A DNA stretch of 41,709 nucleotides from a virus. Taxonomy: Duplodnaviria; Caudoviricetes. This document shows positions 1 through 8,813 of the stretch, piece after piece (the first letter of the stretch is position 1; the number at the start of each line of letters is the position of its first letter). The position numbers and the translations under genes were made by a program. The DNA is taken from the IMG/VR virus record IMGVR_UViG_3300020578_000170, positions 1 to 41,709 of that record; one strand, 5' to 3'. The notes under the pieces were generated by a model. It saw only the letters and a list, made by a program, of their open reading frames with translations. It was not told the DNA's origin and ran no database searches.

Positions 1-792
1 TTTGGCATAACTTGCTAAACCAAACTTTTCTTTAATTAGATTTATTGTTTTGACCGCTTGATCTTCCACCGACATTGAAGAAGAATCAATTATAGCAGAA
101 GCAATTGTTATAAAATTGTCTATTTCCTTTTCTGATTTATGGGACATTTGTTCATCGGTCATATATACCCCATCTCTAGAATACACTCTTTCTCTTCTGA
201 CTTCATCTGAAGCTTCAAATAATATTAACATACTATTTGGAAGTTTAAGTATAGACTCAGCCTCGTTTTCAAAACGAACATCAGAAATTAAAATACAATA
301 TGGATTGGCGGTTTCTTCCTCTTGTAGGGACTTAACATAGTCTCTATGTAGCTCGTAAGACTTCCTTACTCCCCATTTAGCAAAGCACTTGGGATCATGT
401 ACTCTACATAGATCTCCTGCTTTTTGAAGAAAAGATCTTGGCTTTGCACCGCGTGAATCAATTGGCTCTCTATATATATTGTCAACTAAGCTTATGAAAG
501 AATAGTAGTCAGGCACGTTGCCTAAGGTTGAATTTCCATATAAATCATATAGAGTTTTGTGGATGGCGAAAAGCTTTCTTGACTGAGAGCTTTCACCCTC
601 TATTTTAGTTTTATTAGACAATAGCTCGTAAAGAGGCATTGCAAAAAATATGTGATCCCAATATACGCCAGATCTAACTTTATCAAAACTAGCTTTAGGC
701 ACTATAGCTTCAGCTACAGAAGTTTTACCAGTTGCAGCCTTGCCCGCTAAACCAACTACAATTGGATAATCTGGATTATATAATCTGCTCAT
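1..792 (-). CDS. Deoxynucleoside monophosphate kinase (T4 gp1-like), 3' end runs off the window
   Basis: Not in the ORF track because it has no stop in the window. My translation from ATG 792: MSRLYNPDYPIVVGLAGKAATGKTSVAE (P-loop) ... ILISDVRFENE, motifs typical of phage dNMP kinases. The frame is open to position 1. Confidence 0.8.
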   Translation of the reverse strand, partial: MSRLYNPDYPIVVGLAGKAATGKTSVAEAIVPKASFDKVRSGVYWDHIFFAMPLYELLSNKTKIEGESSQSRKLFAIHKTLYDLYGNSTLGNVPDYYSFISLVDNIYREPIDSRGAKPRSFLQKAGDLCRVHDPKCFAKWGVRKSYELHRDYVKSLQEEETANPYCILISDVRFENEAESILKLPNSMLILFEASDEVRRERVYSRDGVYMTDEQMSHKSEKEIDNFITIASAIIDSSSMSVEDQAVKTINLIKEKFGLASYAK

Positions 793-796
793 TTTG

Positions 797-1240
797 CTAT
801 TGTATCATGCTTTCGTGTATTTCGTTCTTTTTCATTTCTAGTTGATCAAGAAACTCGTTGGCCAATAAATCTGGTTCCCAAACAAATGCTCTTGGAACTT
901 GGATAACCCTAAATTTATATTCTTCTTTAATGTCTTGTATTGTCATAAGTAGAGGAACTAAAGCTGCGTTTCTACACTTCCATTTGCCACTAACATGGTT
1001 AGCCACAACTGCTGAGTCGGTATAAATAATTGGGTCTATTAGATCTGACATAGAACACATAAGCAGGGCAGCTATAACGGCCTCATACTCGGCTTCATTA
1101 TTTGTTCTAGGTCCAAGACCTCTTGCAAATTGTGCAATCTTTTTTTTGTTTTTGTAGACAACCACCGCACACGCTGCTTCTCCAAATTTTTTTTGACCCT
1201 GCCCCCTAGAGGCACCGTCGCAAAAAACTTCTATATTCAT
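797..1240 (-). CDS. rnhA: Ribonuclease HI
   Basis: CDGASRG, TNNEAEYEA, YTDS and C-terminal D-LAN motifs of the RNase HI acidic catalytic set. Confidence 0.9.
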   Translation of the reverse strand: MNIEVFCDGASRGQGQKKFGEAACAVVVYKNKKKIAQFARGLGPRTNNEAEYEAVIAALLMCSMSDLIDPIIYTDSAVVANHVSGKWKCRNAALVPLLMTIQDIKEEYKFRVIQVPRAFVWEPDLLANEFLDQLEMKKNEIHESMIQ

Positions 1241-1443
1241 ACCTTCACATCGTATTCAATTTTATTTTCCTGAGCAAAAGACACAATTCTTTTTATTTGA
1301 GAATTGGTATATGCCTGATGAGTTGCATTGAGCAGATATCTTTTTTTATTATACTCAACTTGAGTAGGAAAATCCAAAGTTTCTCTTACTGTAGAAAAAA
1401 ACTCTTCAGGAGAAGAGACTGACTTATAATGAGCTATATACAT
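1237..1443 (-). CDS. Hypothetical protein (68 aa)
   Basis: ORF packed in the operon with an ATGA overlap to the RNase H gene. Confidence 0.65.
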   Translation of the reverse strand: MYIAHYKSVSSPEEFFSTVRETLDFPTQVEYNKKRYLLNATHQAYTNSQIKRIVSFAQENKIEYDVKV

Positions 1444-1446
1444 GGT

Positions 1447-1962
1447 CTAGTACGTGCTAAAGTCGCTATCAAGATAGGACCCCTTTTCCTCTCTATATGA
1501 AGCTATTTGCATTGATTGAGATTTATCTAGCAATTTTCTAGCAGACTCTGACGCTATACGAGCAGCACCTTCCATTGACTCTGCAAGCTGCACAACAGAT
1601 TCCGCTGTAATCATTGCGGTATATTGTTCTTCGGCAGCCTCTAGAGCGTTAGCTTCTCTTTCAGCCTCGTTTCTGCCAGTTCTATTTGACTTATAAACTT
1701 TCTTGTATCTGCCTTCGCAGATCTTATAATATGCTCTTGTCATACCGGCAAACCTAGTTACTCTACCATAAACGTTTGACGTTCTAGCGACAAGAGAAGC
1801 TAAGTCAGCCATTGTCATGTCAATGGAATCAGACTCTGGTATGCTAACAAAATATTGGTCTGAAGAAGATCCAGAGCCGTAAGCGTCAAGAATTTCGGTT
1901 ATTTGTGGACTAAGAAATTCCGAAAGTAAATCATTAAGTTTTTCTATTGATTGAAGGTTCAT
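1447..1962 (-). CDS. Hypothetical helical/coiled-coil protein (171 aa)
   Basis: TAATG overlap with the sigma gene; Ala/Glu-rich helical C-terminal half. No function recognised. Confidence 0.7.
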   Translation of the reverse strand: MNLQSIEKLNDLLSEFLSPQITEILDAYGSGSSSDQYFVSIPESDSIDMTMADLASLVARTSNVYGRVTRFAGMTRAYYKICEGRYKKVYKSNRTGRNEAEREANALEAAEEQYTAMITAESVVQLAESMEGAARIASESARKLLDKSQSMQIASYREEKGSYLDSDFSTY

Positions 1963-2817
1963 TAATCTTCCAGTTTGAATATTGAAATCAAGTCTTGCAT
2001 GTTATTTTCTATTATAGCATCTTTTATCTTGATCTTCACTTTGGATATGTGATCTCTAACCGTATTAGGATGCTCTGTTATAACCTGAGCTATTTCAGAA
2101 GACTTCATATTATCTATGTATCTCCATTTAATTAGTTGCCTCTCTTGCACTGTTAGGGTATCATAGGGGGCATGGCAGTCCTGGCCAAGAACCCATAATT
2201 CATTAATTTCCTGAGTGCCCAACATCTGATCTATAGTATACTCTAGCGGAGGAGCCTTGAATCCAGGCTGAGCTTCTTCGTCTTCCTCTGAGTTGTCGTC
2301 ATCCGCGAGCAGTGGGAAAGTCTTTCTACCGAGCTGGTCAATTAAAAATGTATCTACATTCTTTTTTAAAAGGTAAAAAAAATAACTATACAAAAATCCA
2401 CTAAATGGAATAGGACCTTTTTCTGAATCTTTTCTTTGGTATCTGGCTATACATTGGAAGAAAGTCATATTAACAGTTTGCCTTACGTCTTCTTCATCGC
2501 CATATCTTTTAGCCATATAAGTAATGCCGTCGTAGACATTCGTTTACGTGTTTATAGCCAGCTTGATTTAATTGATTTTTCATTAGGTTAAATCTAACAA
2601 AATTATCTTTAACAAACAAAGATGTAAATCTTCTGATATCATAATCAGATAAATTATATTTTCCATAATATAACATTGTTACATACTTTGTAAGAAAGTT
2701 GTTAAAAACTTTAAGCATTTCGTACTGAGCGCTTGAATAGCCTTTTTTGGCCTTGGCTATTAAATCTTGCATCTCCTCTTCGCTTAAAGAGTAATATTGT
2801 TCTTTGTAGGATGTCAT
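1962..2817 (-). CDS. Phage RNA polymerase sigma-70 family factor (~284 aa), joined by a +1 frameshift at CGG 2529-2527
   Basis: The N-part (ATG 2817, TAATG overlap with the upstream gene) has a region 1.2/2.1-like stretch DLIAKAKKGYSSAQYEMLKVFNNFLTKYV. The C-part has region 2.2-2.4 (EEDVRQTVNMTFFQCIARY...FSGFLYSYF) and a region 4 HTH (LTVQERQLIKWRY...SSEIAQVITEHPNTVRDHISK). Junction CTA CGA C|GGC ATT ACT TAT ATG gives ECLR-GITYMAKRY. Confidence 0.8.
2526..2529 (-). other. +1 frameshift site CGG-C (sigma factor)
   Basis: 0 frame reads CGG CAT TAC TTA TAT GGC TAA; the +1 frame has TAA five codons upstream, so the shift is confined to about 11 codons containing CGG. Confidence 0.7.
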
Positions 2818-3386
2818 TACTTTCCTTCCCAATAGGGTATTTTATCTGCATAAAAATTTCTAATATCTTCGTAGTAAACTACACTTGGTACTTCTATTTC
2901 AAAAGCAAACCTTTTGGCCTCGCTAGAATATTTACTAATAATAAATGTTAGCTTGCTAAACTCTTCTGCGTAATACCTTTTAAATCTTTTTAATTTTATC
3001 TTACTTTTGTCGTCTAAGTAACCCTTAAGCTCAACCCATTCAGTTGATTTTTCTATGTAGAAATCTGGAGTGTAACCTTTTGTTCCTTTTTTAATTGGAA
3101 AAGAAAATACAACTGGTTCAAAATCAAAATTTATTTTGTATGCATTAAGTATCCTTGCAAAATTAGCTTCCCAATTAGATCTCAAGTTTAAGCCAAGATC
3201 AGGCCTATAGCCAGATTTTGTATTTTTGTATGCATTTCCTTTTGTTGAGGTTGTTTTTTTTGTTTCTTCCTCTAGAATACGTGCATCAACATAGTCGTTT
3301 TTAATCCTAGAAAAATTAGGATGTTTTTTTAGTTTTGATCTTTCCAAAAAAAAGTTTTCTGGAGTTGTTATTTTGGGGTTCTTCAT
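2817..3386 (-). CDS. PD-(D/E)XK endonuclease (T7 endonuclease I/resolvase-like)
   Basis: RSNWEANFARIL...YTPDFYI...VELKGY motif; GAGG RBS upstream. Confidence 0.75.
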   Translation of the reverse strand: MKNPKITTPENFFLERSKLKKHPNFSRIKNDYVDARILEEETKKTTSTKGNAYKNTKSGYRPDLGLNLRSNWEANFARILNAYKINFDFEPVVFSFPIKKGTKGYTPDFYIEKSTEWVELKGYLDDKSKIKLKRFKRYYAEEFSKLTFIISKYSSEAKRFAFEIEVPSVVYYEDIRNFYADKIPYWEGK

Positions 3387-3418
3387 GATAACCTCAGGGC
3401 CTACTAGACGTTATTAAT

Positions 3419-3447
3419 ATTATACTTTACAACAAATAAAAATACAA
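3419..3447 (-). promoter_or_regulatory. Sigma70/SigA-type promoter for the nuclease-sigma-RNase H-kinase operon
   Basis: Minus strand TTGTAT (3447-3442), 17-nt spacer, TATAAT (3424-3419). Confidence 0.7.
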
Positions 3448-3465
3448 AAAAATCCAACCAACAGG

Positions 3466-3494
3466 TTGCAAACCAAGGAGATAGATGGTAGTAT
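3466..3494 (+). promoter_or_regulatory. Sigma70/SigA-type promoter with extended -10, probably giving a leaderless mRNA
   Basis: TTGCAA (3466-3471), 17-nt spacer ending TGG, TAGTAT (3489-3494); ATG at 3502 lies 7 nt after the -10. Confidence 0.6.
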
Positions 3495-3501
3495 GACCAC
3501 T

Positions 3502-3672
3502 ATGAAAACACTAAACACAATCATCAACAGCATCAGCCAGAACATCAACGAGAATGTCATTGAGGGACTTTCTCAGGTTGGTTTCAGCCACAAGGAAGCA
3601 ACAAAGCTTGTGGTTGATAACAGCTTCTCTCTCGTTGAGGACTCAGTGGAGAACCCAGTAGAGTCATTCTGA
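3502..3672 (+). CDS. Small acidic hypothetical protein (56 aa), the only credible plus-strand gene
   Basis: Has its own promoter and terminator and strongly C/G-ending codons (ATC, AAC, AGC, TTC, AAG, GAG). The track start at 3466 coincides with the -35 box, so ATG 3502 is preferred. Confidence 0.7.
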   Translation: MKTLNTIINSISQNINENVIEGLSQVGFSHKEATKLVVDNSFSLVEDSVENPVESF

Positions 3673-3698
3673 CTGAGCTTTTGAGCTCAAATATACTG

Positions 3699-3724
3699 GC
3701 CAGGGCTTAATGCCCTGGCTTTTA
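3699..3724 (+). terminator. Rho-independent terminator between convergent genes
   Basis: GCCAGGGC-TTAAT-GCCCTGGC followed by TTTTT. Confidence 0.8.
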
Positions 3725-4526
3725 TATTTTACCCATTCTTTTTAATCTAGCTACTCCTGTAGCACATGCCCCTGACTTGGAGTGGTCGCAGAAGGTGCAA
3801 TTTCTTTCATTGGACGTAGGTAGGAATGAGCTGTTTTGAACTACCTGATTGATCTTTTCTAGTAAAGAAACTTTAACCTGCTCAATATCTTCCCTGGTAA
3901 AGGTGTGGGCTTTTCTTCTTCCAGATCTTAAATAATATAACTCTGCTCTAATGTCTTTGTCTGGAAACGCAAGGGAGACGGCGAGGGCGTATATCCCAAG
4001 CTGTAAATTCGCTGCAACATCTTTTTGAGCCACTTCCCATTTTCCGGGTTTTATAGTCAATAATATTAATAGTTTTTTCGTCGTAGATGTCTATTCTATC
4101 TATGTACCCATTGACAAGGTAATTACCTATCACAAAGCTAAATTGAAACTCTTTTTCATATATATCAAAAGAATCCTCAGAGTGTTTATCATAAAATTCA
4201 TTAATGATTTCTGACCCTACAGAAATTAACTCTTCAGGTATATGACCAATTGGGTCGTAGCTTTCTTTTTGCTTTACGTATTCTTGCTGAAGTTTTTCTA
4301 AATTAAGTTCAGAGTTATTGTCTAAGCACTCTTCCAAAACGGAGTGAACAATATTTCCAAGAACTGCTGCATTATTAAATGTCCTTGGTTCTTTTTGTAT
4401 ATAGCTATAAAAATATTTAGCTGGACACACGTTATATGTATCTAGTCTTGAATAAGAAAAGTCAGTTAAACACAGTTTTTGTAATGGATCTAAATCTGTT
4501 ACCGATCTAACTTTAATGCTGTTCAT
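3722..4526 (-). CDS. RecB/Cas4-like PD-(D/E)XK exonuclease with Fe-S cysteines (~267 aa), joined by a +1 frameshift at CGG 4046-4044
   Basis: SYSRLDTYNVCP, GNIVHSVLE, GYIDRID, IIDYKT|GK, QLGIYALA, CTFCDHSKSGAC. Junction AAA ACC C|GGA AAA TGG restores the canonical DYKTG. Start is ATG 4526 or 4544. Confidence 0.85.
4043..4046 (-). other. +1 frameshift site CGG-A (RecB-like nuclease)
   Basis: GAC TAT AAA ACC CGG A; skipping one base gives the family motif DYKTG, which pins the site. Confidence 0.8.
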
Positions 4527-4701
4527 TACTACTTTCTGGGTCATATACTAAATTGCCGTTCTGATCATATTCCCTGCCAATTTGATCAATTGTGTGGCCA
4601 TTAAATTTATTTAAATAACATCCATCACCAACTGGCATCCAGCCTGTTTCTGTTATCTCCATATAGTCATCGTTATTAAATGTCGACATACTCATCTCCA
4701 A
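4513..4701 (-). CDS. Hypothetical protein (~60 aa)
   Basis: Short ORF overlapping both neighbours in the operon; exact start uncertain. Confidence 0.55.
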   Translation of the reverse strand: MEMSMSTFNNDDYMEITETGWMPVGDGCYLNKFNGHTIDQIGREYDQNGNLVYDPESSNEQH

Positions 4702-4903
4702 TTTTAATCTTACAATTAGTAAGGTCGTCTATATTTAGATAGTAGTTAAGTATTGTATAAATATCTTTTAGCTCCTCGGCAGAAGCGTACATGCCAACAA
4801 CTCCGCTTTGTAAAAAGAATGTATCTGGAATAGAGTTTTCATTCTCTTGATACTCAATAAGAGTTGCAGAACCTTTAGTTATTCTTCCTGATTCACTTAA
4901 CAT
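4676..4903 (-). CDS. Hypothetical protein (75 aa)
   Basis: Operon packing on the same strand. Confidence 0.6.
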   Translation of the reverse strand: MLSESGRITKGSATLIEYQENENSIPDTFFLQSGVVGMYASAEELKDIYTILNYYLNIDDLTNCKIKIGDEYVDI

Positions 4904-4907
4904 ATAA

Positions 4908-5270
4908 TTAATCCTCCACTATTGTTATTGGATTCCAATTGGGGTCATTAAGTTTTTCTCTCATGTCTTTAACATATGAATCCCAATCTCTTTCATCTTC
5001 TGATTTCTTTTCGTATGTTACTTTACCCTTAAATGGGTTAGACTTAAATTTTGTAATAATAACTTTGCCCTCTTGAGTTCTCCACCTAAGAACACCATTT
5101 TTGCAGTCGCAGAAATCATCTGGATGTGGAAGTATTTTTAAATTTGGATCATATCTTCCACTGCAATCCGAACACTTGCTGTATCTACCCTTATCTTGAC
5201 ATCTATTGCATGAGGAGCAAAATGTCCAGCAAGGCTTGTGCGTTGGATTTATTTTTACTTGACTAACCAT
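4908..5270 (-). CDS. Cys-rich putative zinc-binding protein
   Basis: CWTFCSSCNRC...CSDCSG...HPDDFCDC. Confidence 0.65.
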   Translation of the reverse strand: MVSQVKINPTHKPCWTFCSSCNRCQDKGRYSKCSDCSGRYDPNLKILPHPDDFCDCKNGVLRWRTQEGKVIITKFKSNPFKGKVTYEKKSEDERDWDSYVKDMREKLNDPNWNPITIVED

Positions 5271-5273
5271 CTT

Positions 5274-8200
5274 TTACCCTAAGTTGATTATTGATTGTAA
5301 TTTATCTTCTACTTTTAAAGAAGTAGTTTTATTAAATTTGAAACTATACTTCTTAATGCCATCTGTCACTTCTAAAAATACAGTTGAAGCTCCATTTGTA
5401 GCATTGATTATATCATACATTGATTGTATGTTTTCATTAGAGATTATTGAATTAGCTTTTAAAATTATAGGCCTACTACCAGTTAATATAGCATTATCTA
5501 TTTTTTCACAAGAAGAATAAATTATTTTAACAGCAGAAGATTCTTCGTCACCTTCTTTGGAGACTGTTCCATTAATTAAAACAATATCCCCTTCTGAAAA
5601 AAAATCATCTTCCATTTGTCTAGCTTCTTTGGGAAATATGATTACTTCTATGCCAGAAGTTAAGTCTTCAATGTTCATCTTAAACATTTTCATGCCCTTT
5701 TTGGTAATGATTTTTTTACAAGAAGTTATGACTCCACCGATTCTTGCCTTAGACCCAGCAGAGTATTCAGCGAGGTCAAAGATGTCAGAATCAATCTTTT
5801 CTTTAATAACATCCCAGACACCTTCTATAGGATGCTTGGAAACATATATTCCTAGTTCACTTTTTTCTCTTTCTAGAATTTCTAGTTCTCTTCTTCTATT
5901 GAGTTCTATTTCATCTTCTAAATGAATAAGCTCATCAAAAGCTCCAGACGCAGCTAAATGCTCTATAGTTGATTTCTTCAAGATAACTGAGTCACATCTT
6001 CTCATAAAGTCATGCATTGAAGAATAGGGATTTTGCGCGCTTCTGCATCCGATTATTGCGTCAGCTATAGCTGGACCAATTCCATTTATGGCAGACAATC
6101 CGAATAAAACTTCTTTATCCGACAGGACCTCAAAGTCATGCATAGACAGGTTGATAGACGGAGGTGCTACTTTAATACCGAGATTTTTGCAGTCAGAAAG
6201 ATACAGTGCTGACTTATCTTTATTCCCAGCCACAGAAGTGAGTAACGCTGCCATATACTCTGCTGCGTAATGAGTCTTTAGGTATGACGTTATGTAAGAA
6301 ACCATTGCGTAGCTAGCAGCGTGCGCTCTATTGAAGCCATAGCCACCAAAGTACTCAATGTCCGAGAATATCTTATCAGCTTTTTCTTTTGTGATGTCAA
6401 CAGTGCCCAAACATCCGTTAACAAATTGTTTTCTAATTTTCGGAATCTTATCCATTTGCTTTTTGCCAATGACTTTTCTTAAGTCGTCAGCTTCAGATAC
6501 ACTAAAGCCTGCTAGTTCACGAGCAACAGCTAAAACATCTTCCTGATAAAGCATGATGCCAAGAGAGTCCTGCAAGACGGACTTCATTGCTGGGTGATCA
6601 TAATCAATTGGGACTCTGTTATGTTTTCTATTTATATAAAGTTTATCCATGCCAGAACCCATAGGGCCTGGTCTGTGAAGCGATATTAGCGCCATTATGT
6701 CCTCAATGGTTTTAGGTTGAAGCTGAATCATCATCTCTCTCATGCTATTTGATTCAAGCTGAAAGACACCAATTGCGTTCCCTTTGCAAAGTTCATCAAA
6801 AGTCTTTTTATCTTCTAGGGGTATTTTGTCTAGGTCAATTTTAATATCTTTGTTTTTTTCTAGTAGTTTTAGACAGTGATCAATAACGCCAAGGTTTCTT
6901 AGACCCAAGAAGTCAATCTTTAAAAGACCACACTGTTCAACTCTTCCCATATCCCATTGAGTAACAATTGGGGAATCTACACCCTTTTGCATGACGGGCA
7001 GGTGGTCTGTCAACGGACCTCTTGATATAACCACTCCTGCAGCATGTACGCCAGTCTGTCTTACCAGACCTTCTAATCCAAAAGCTGCGTTGATAATTGT
7101 CTTACTATCTTCGCTTGATTCATATTCCTTTTTAAACTCTGTAACCTGCATGCATTCGTTTAGGTTTTTTGAGACCCCAAGAACAGGTGGAGGAACTAAT
7201 TTAGATACCTTGTCTCCAGTAGAAAAGTCATAGCCTAGTGCTCTAGCAGCATCTCTAATTGATTGTCTTGCGCCAGTTTTATTAAACGTACAAATGTGAG
7301 CTACTCTGTCATGCCCATATTTAGATCTTGCATATTCAATTACCTTATCTCTATGTCTGTCGTCAAAGTCAAGATCAATATCAGGCATTGACTTTCTTCC
7401 TTCTACAAGGAATCTTTCAAACATCAATCCGAACTTAAGCGGATCTAGATTCGTAATGCCTAATGCATACGAAAGAATGCTTCCGGCAGCGGAACCTCTT
7501 CCCCAACCAACTCTAATGCCATTGTCTTTTGCCCAATTAACCAGATCAGATACCACCAAAAAGTATTCCGGAAATCCCATTTCTTTCACGACTCTTAATT
7601 CGTGGTTAGCTCTAGAGATAATCTCTTCTGATAAAGATTCGCCATACTTCTTTCTAAGTCCTGACCAAACTAATCCATCTAAATATGAATCAACGTCTTG
7701 TTGGTTTGGTATTGGATAATTGGGAAAGCAAAGATCACCAAATCTTAAATTAACATCAACCATATCTGATACATAAAGAGTGTTCTTTAACCAGGGCTCA
7801 TCAAAAGTAGATGCCATTTCTTCATATGATTTTAGGTAAAAGTTATCTCCATTAAAAGAGAATCTATTTTCGGTATAAATGTTACTGTTTGTGGCTACGC
7901 ACAGCATGACGTCGTGAGCATGTGCGTCTTCTTTATGGACGTAATGACAGTCTCCAGTTGGGACTATTCTTGCCCCAATCTTATTTGCTATCTGTACAAG
8001 TTGATTTGTTATCTTTATCTGTTCTGATAATCCGTGATTTTGGATTTCAATAAAGTAGTTTTCTTTGCCTACAATATCCTGCATCTTGAGCGCAGCATTT
8101 AAAGCAAAGTCGTAATCGTTTCTAAGAAGGGCTTGCGATAATTCTCCGATTCAAACAACCTGATAAAACTATAATTCCTTCTGAGTGTTCCGCAATTAAA

Positions 8201-8598
8201 TCATGATCTACTCTAGGCTTTACATAGAAACCTTCTGTGTAAGATCTAGAAGATATCTTGATAATATTCTTATATCCTATATTATTCTTTGCAAGAATTG
8301 TTATGTGATATGGACCTCTTTGTTCCCACTCGTTTTTCGCTTTGCCAGCTCTCTCTTCCTCATCTTTGTCAAATCTAGTTTTTCTAGCCTGGTAAAACTC
8401 TGATCCAAGAATTGGCTTTACCCCAACGCTTGTTCCAGCGTCGTAAAAGTCGAGCCAAGAATGGATATTGCCATGGTCAGTCGTAGCTAAGCCAACCATG
8501 CCAAGGTCTTTAGCCCTTGACAAATACTCATCAATCCTACCGTGTCCATCTAGCATAGAGTAGACAGTGTGGTTGTGTAGGTTTGTCCAATTTTTCAA
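5274..8598 (-). CDS. dnaE: DNA polymerase III alpha subunit (~1107 aa), joined by a +1 frameshift at CGG 8148-8146
   Basis: PHP domain (LHNHTVYSMLDG, TTDHGN, GSEFY) in 8598-8148. The polymerase core (GRGSAAGS, PDIDLDF, HAAGVVI, KIDFLGL, YGFNRAH) and OB fold lie downstream. Junction GGT TGT TTG AAT C|GGA GAA TTA restores SGCLNGE and reads LSQALLRNDYDFALNAALK into the MQDIVG ORF. Confidence 0.95.
8145..8148 (-). other. +1 frameshift site CGG-A (dnaE)
   Basis: +1 frame reads TGA ATC GGA GAA (stop two codons upstream); the 0 frame reaches TAG seven codons after CGG; the conserved SxCLxGE motif pins the Gly. Confidence 0.85.
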
Positions 8599-8813
8599 TT
8601 TATTCCTCTGTTTCTATCGCTCTCATCAAGAGCGTCATCTCTTATTTCTCTATATGTTATTACAACAACTCCACCACAATACTTACATGGAACACTGCTT
8701 CCATTTTGAGCAAATGGATTTCTGTACATATATTCATCTGGTTGATCTGAATGACATTCACTACAAACGGCAACTACGTCATCTGGGTTTTTAATCATGT
8801 TTATTTTCGCCAC
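8595..8813 (-). CDS. Small zinc-ribbon protein
   Basis: CSEC...CKYC cysteine pairs. Confidence 0.65.
   Translation of the reverse strand: MAKINMIKNPDDVVAVCSECHSDQPDEYMYRNPFAQNGSSVPCKYCGGVVVITYREIRDDALDESDRNRGIN

Noticed and set aside
3722-4526. Cas4 of a CRISPR system
   Set aside because: No repeat-spacer array or other cas genes are visible; RecB/Cas4-like nucleases are common in phage replication modules.
1962-8598. Stop-codon reassignment (TAG/TGA readthrough) as the cause of the split genes
   Set aside because: The halves are in different frames, and TAA, TAG and TGA all end intact genes at tight operon junctions.
5274-8598. Intron, intein or naturally split dnaE
   Set aside because: The halves join with one extra nucleotide, and there are no intein or intron motifs.
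1962-8598. Pseudogenes of sigma, the nuclease and dnaE
   Set aside because: Each has a single lesion of identical type with motifs otherwise intact, which random decay would not produce. A systematic sequencing artefact cannot be excluded without reads.
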